Source of the DNA: a virus
Taxonomy: Duplodnaviria; Caudoviricetes
IMG/VR virus record: IMGVR_UViG_3300032282_000782
Span: 1 to 58,091 of that record
Strand: one strand, 5' to 3'
Length of the DNA stretch: 58,091 bases
Within the stretch, counting starts at the first letter, position 1; every line of letters begins with the position of its first letter. A program made the translations under genes and the position numbers. The notes below the pieces were generated by a model. It saw nothing but the letters and a program-made list of their open reading frames with translations. It was not told the DNA's origin and did no database searches. This document shows positions 55,824-58,091 of the stretch, piece by piece.

Positions 55824-56023
55824 TAGCGCGTCTCCCCTTCTTGGGTGACAATAAAGTCTGAGCCAGGGGCGATGAACAGCGTAAGTTCACACACTAGGCC
55901 GTCTTCTCCCTCAACTCTAAGTACAGCGTACTTGTACGGCTTAACTCCGTAGCCACAAGGTTCCTTAACGTCCGTTGTCTTAATGTTCAGACCAGTTACG
56001 CGGTGCGCCGTAATACCGACCAT
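55823..56023 (-). CDS. Hypothetical protein
   Basis: GAGG RBS; TAATG coupling. Confidence 0.55.
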   Translation of the reverse strand: MVGITAHRVTGLNIKTTDVKEPCGYGVKPYKYAVLRVEGEDGLVCELTLFIAPGSDFIVTQEGETR

Positions 56024-56187
56024 GTTTTTGTCCTCAGTTTGAGTGTGTCTTCATAAAGCTTGAATGCTTCGGTAAGAGATTGTACGGTTTCCATGTAGCA
56101 GTTGTCAAATAGAATATCGTACCCTAATGTTCCTTTAGAAGGTTCAATGATAAACGTCTCTCTACCCTCTTCGTCAAAGAATCTCAT
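55996..56187 (-). CDS. Hypothetical protein
   Basis: ATGA overlap. Confidence 0.5.
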   Translation of the reverse strand: MRFFDEEGRETFIIEPSKGTLGYDILFDNCYMETVQSLTEAFKLYEDTLKLRTKTWSVLRRTA

Positions 56188-56375
56188 TCTTCAATGCTCA
56201 CATCTAGACGCCACAGCATCCCAATTGAGATGTACACCAACGCTGGGCCAACCAACAAGCCAGCTAGGTACAGCCAGTACCCTTCTGGGATTAGTACACG
56301 GAGGGCTTCAAAGGTTACAAGGGTGCCCATAGCAAGCCCGATAACGGCCTGTAGAATTGCAAGTTTGTTTTTCAT
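56184..56375 (-). CDS. Two-TM membrane protein (paralogue of 56531-56719)
   Basis: Start MKNK after GAGG; two hydrophobic helices. Confidence 0.65.
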   Translation of the reverse strand: MKNKLAILQAVIGLAMGTLVTFEALRVLIPEGYWLYLAGLLVGPALVYISIGMLWRLDVSIEE

Positions 56376-56530
56376 AATTAACCTCCTCCGGATTACTACT
56401 TCATACTGAGTTTTCGTTAAGGCTATGAAGTACCGCTTTGTCATGCTGTTCACCCTCTCTATCTAATACAACATCTTTTCCTATTACGTGCCCCTCCTGG
56501 TCCCCATTGTATTCCAACGAAGGATGCACA

Positions 56531-56719
56531 TCAGTCCTCCCCTTCAATGTCCACGTTAGCATTGAATATACGGGCTATTGATATAACCGTTACCAATGGA
56601 CCGATAGCCAGCATACCAAGATAAAGAAGATAACCTTCTGGTGCCAATACATTAATGGCTTCATATGTGCAAAGAACACCAAGCATTAAACCTATCACGC
56701 TGATTGTTAAACTTTTCAT
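56531..56719 (-). CDS. Two-TM membrane protein (paralogue of 56184-56375)
   Basis: Shared VIGL..G.L...EA..VL.PEGY.LYL..L..GP....ISI. Confidence 0.65.
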   Translation of the reverse strand: MKSLTISVIGLMLGVLCTYEAINVLAPEGYLLYLGMLAIGPLVTVISIARIFNANVDIEGED

Positions 56720-56758
56720 GTTACTACACCCTTTCGCATCTGGATTGGTTTGTGTTAA

Positions 56759-57211
56759 TCACGGGACACATGTGATATATGATCCTGCTCTATCTAATAC
56801 CACATCCTGTCCCCTTACATGGCCCCCTGTCTTTTTATCTGAATACATAAAAATCTTACCGGCATATAGAGCCGGGATATAACTATCGTCCTGTTCCCAA
56901 AAAAATACACCCATAAACCCCTTAAACTTGTACGGGTTGTACACTATTGGACAACTAAACCCTGGCGGTGCCACATGGTCAGCCTCTGTATTGGACAGAT
57001 AGCCCACTATGCCAGCATGTACATTCTTTTTCTTCTCTCTCAATACACGCTGGCGTCCTGCCTCACTGACCTTAAAGGTACACCGTTCAAGGTACACCTG
57101 ACGCTGGTGGTCAATGACTTTACCCTTCATCGGGCCTTCTAAAGCCTTGATACTCCACAGGTTTCTGTGCAGGTTGAAGTAAACAAACACTTTCAAGCCA
57201 TCTGTAGTCAT
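56759..57211 (-). CDS. Conserved early phage protein of unknown function
   Basis: VYFNLH...WS, F.VSEAGR.RVLRE..KNVHA...G, YNPYK. Confidence 0.7.
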   Translation of the reverse strand: MTTDGLKVFVYFNLHRNLWSIKALEGPMKGKVIDHQRQVYLERCTFKVSEAGRQRVLREKKKNVHAGIVGYLSNTEADHVAPPGFSCPIVYNPYKFKGFMGVFFWEQDDSYIPALYAGKIFMYSDKKTGGHVRGQDVVLDRAGSYITCVP

Positions 57212-57405
57212 AGCTGTCTATCCCTCTTCAGTTCTCTTTCGTAGTCCATACGTGCAGCCCATCCCTCAATTACACGTTCGTAGGCTTCATCCAAGAGTAG
57301 TTCCATCAAGCCGGGGGAAATGTTCTCTTCGTCAATACCTTTGTTCTCACAGTATTCCGCGATAACAAGTTGTTCCATGTCATACAGTGCGTTTTTGTCA
57401 ACCAT
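57208..57405 (-). CDS. Hypothetical acidic protein
   Basis: Start MVDK after AGGAG. Confidence 0.55.
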   Translation of the reverse strand: MVDKNALYDMEQLVIAEYCENKGIDEENISPGLMELLLDEAYERVIEGWAARMDYERELKRDRQL

Positions 57406-57606
57406 ATTATTATTTCTCCTGAAAATCCTGGCTGATAGGTTCACGAATGATGCCATTCTTTATTAACCATCGCATAGCATCTTCTCTTGTTTTATGCCAT
57501 GGCCCAAATGGGCGGTGAGGTTCAGCGACACAATACCATCTCTTGTTAGAGCTTAGGTATTTTATATGTAACATATCATTCATTATCACTCACCTCACTA
57601 GTGGGT

Positions 57607-57795
57607 CTAAAAACAGGTATCGCAACTACAATGGTGGCGTTTACCACTTTGACAGTTGCGGCTTGCGTCGTGATCGGGGAAGAATGTAGCTCCTTCCTTG
57701 CGCCGTGCGTCACAATATGCACATTCCCCTTCCGGGGCCATGCTACGACCATACTGGACCTGACCGGCCACCTTAACTTGTGCTGTAGTGTCCAT
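57607..57795 (-). CDS. Small Cys/His-rich (putative Zn-binding) protein
   Basis: CAYC...P.H.AS..C.SG...HCSCDTCF; AAGGA RBS. Confidence 0.65.
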   Translation of the reverse strand: MDTTAQVKVAGQVQYGRSMAPEGECAYCDARRKEGATFFPDHDASRNCQSGKRHHCSCDTCF

Positions 57796-57801
57796 TGGTA
57801 C

Positions 57802-57987
57802 TTATCCTTCCAAATCCAATACGAACGCACCTGCGTCATGTTTCTGTAACGCTTTGATAACACTAGAAAATTTAGGATTATTGCTATTACGAATAGCTAA
57901 ATTTCTCAGCAACCATCTAACATTTTCTAATTTGCTGGTATCCCGGCGCATTGCAGGGACATCCATGTCGTCAGGTATTTCTACCAT
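57802..57987 (-). CDS. Hypothetical protein
   Basis: AGGGG RBS; VPAMRRD...N..WL.RNL. Confidence 0.5.
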   Translation of the reverse strand: MVEIPDDMDVPAMRRDTSKLENVRWLLRNLAIRNSNNPKFSSVIKALQKHDAGAFVLDLEG

Positions 57988-58091
57988 AGTATTATTCCCC
58001 TATTCTAACGTCGCCGTAATCTGTCGAATAGTGCTATGATTTGGTAATCGCTCATGACTTTAAATCCTCTTTTGTGTTGGTAGGTTATGAC

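Noticed and set aside
56454-57600. tRNA or ncRNA in the early-region intergenic gaps
   Set aside because: No cloverleaf or T-loop (GTTCRA) context found by eye; tRNAscan/Infernal not run.
58040-58091. Terminal direct repeat or circular overlap with the window start
   Set aside because: The end sequence does not match the start, so genome completeness cannot be claimed.

Overview
The window is most of a lytic dsDNA podovirus-type phage genome with two convergent arms. The host is probably a proteobacterium, but this is inferred. The + strand (725-31455) carries packaging and virion genes: TerL, P22-like portal, GroES-like co-chaperonin, scaffold, decoration and major capsid proteins, adaptors, two tail fibres, a LamG/SPRY adhesin, tail nozzle, ejection proteins flanking a GNAT-like gene, and an M15 endolysin. 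The - strand (31449-58091) carries small early genes, a DUF932-like gene, a DUF6745 pair, SleB, a deaminase, thyX, a T7-like replisome (primase-helicase, PolA, SSB, exonuclease, endonuclease I) and nrdAB. It ends with a separately promoted unit of two glycosyltransferase-like genes, a holin and TerS. No RNA polymerase, integrase, tRNA or CRISPR array was seen; sigma70-like promoters are present. Three signals stand out. (1) A candidate virion glycosylation system: a GT plus a GT-methyltransferase-Maf fusion, paired with a V/T-S-A/V/G motif enriched in outer virion proteins. (2) A shared Gly-Gly tag and a C-terminal RGxGAVRKK tag on several otherwise unrelated putative internal proteins. (3) A 34-aa module repeated three times in the ejection proteins that looks like a cleavable leader, next to a GNAT gene. 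All product calls come from motif recognition by eye; no database searches were run.
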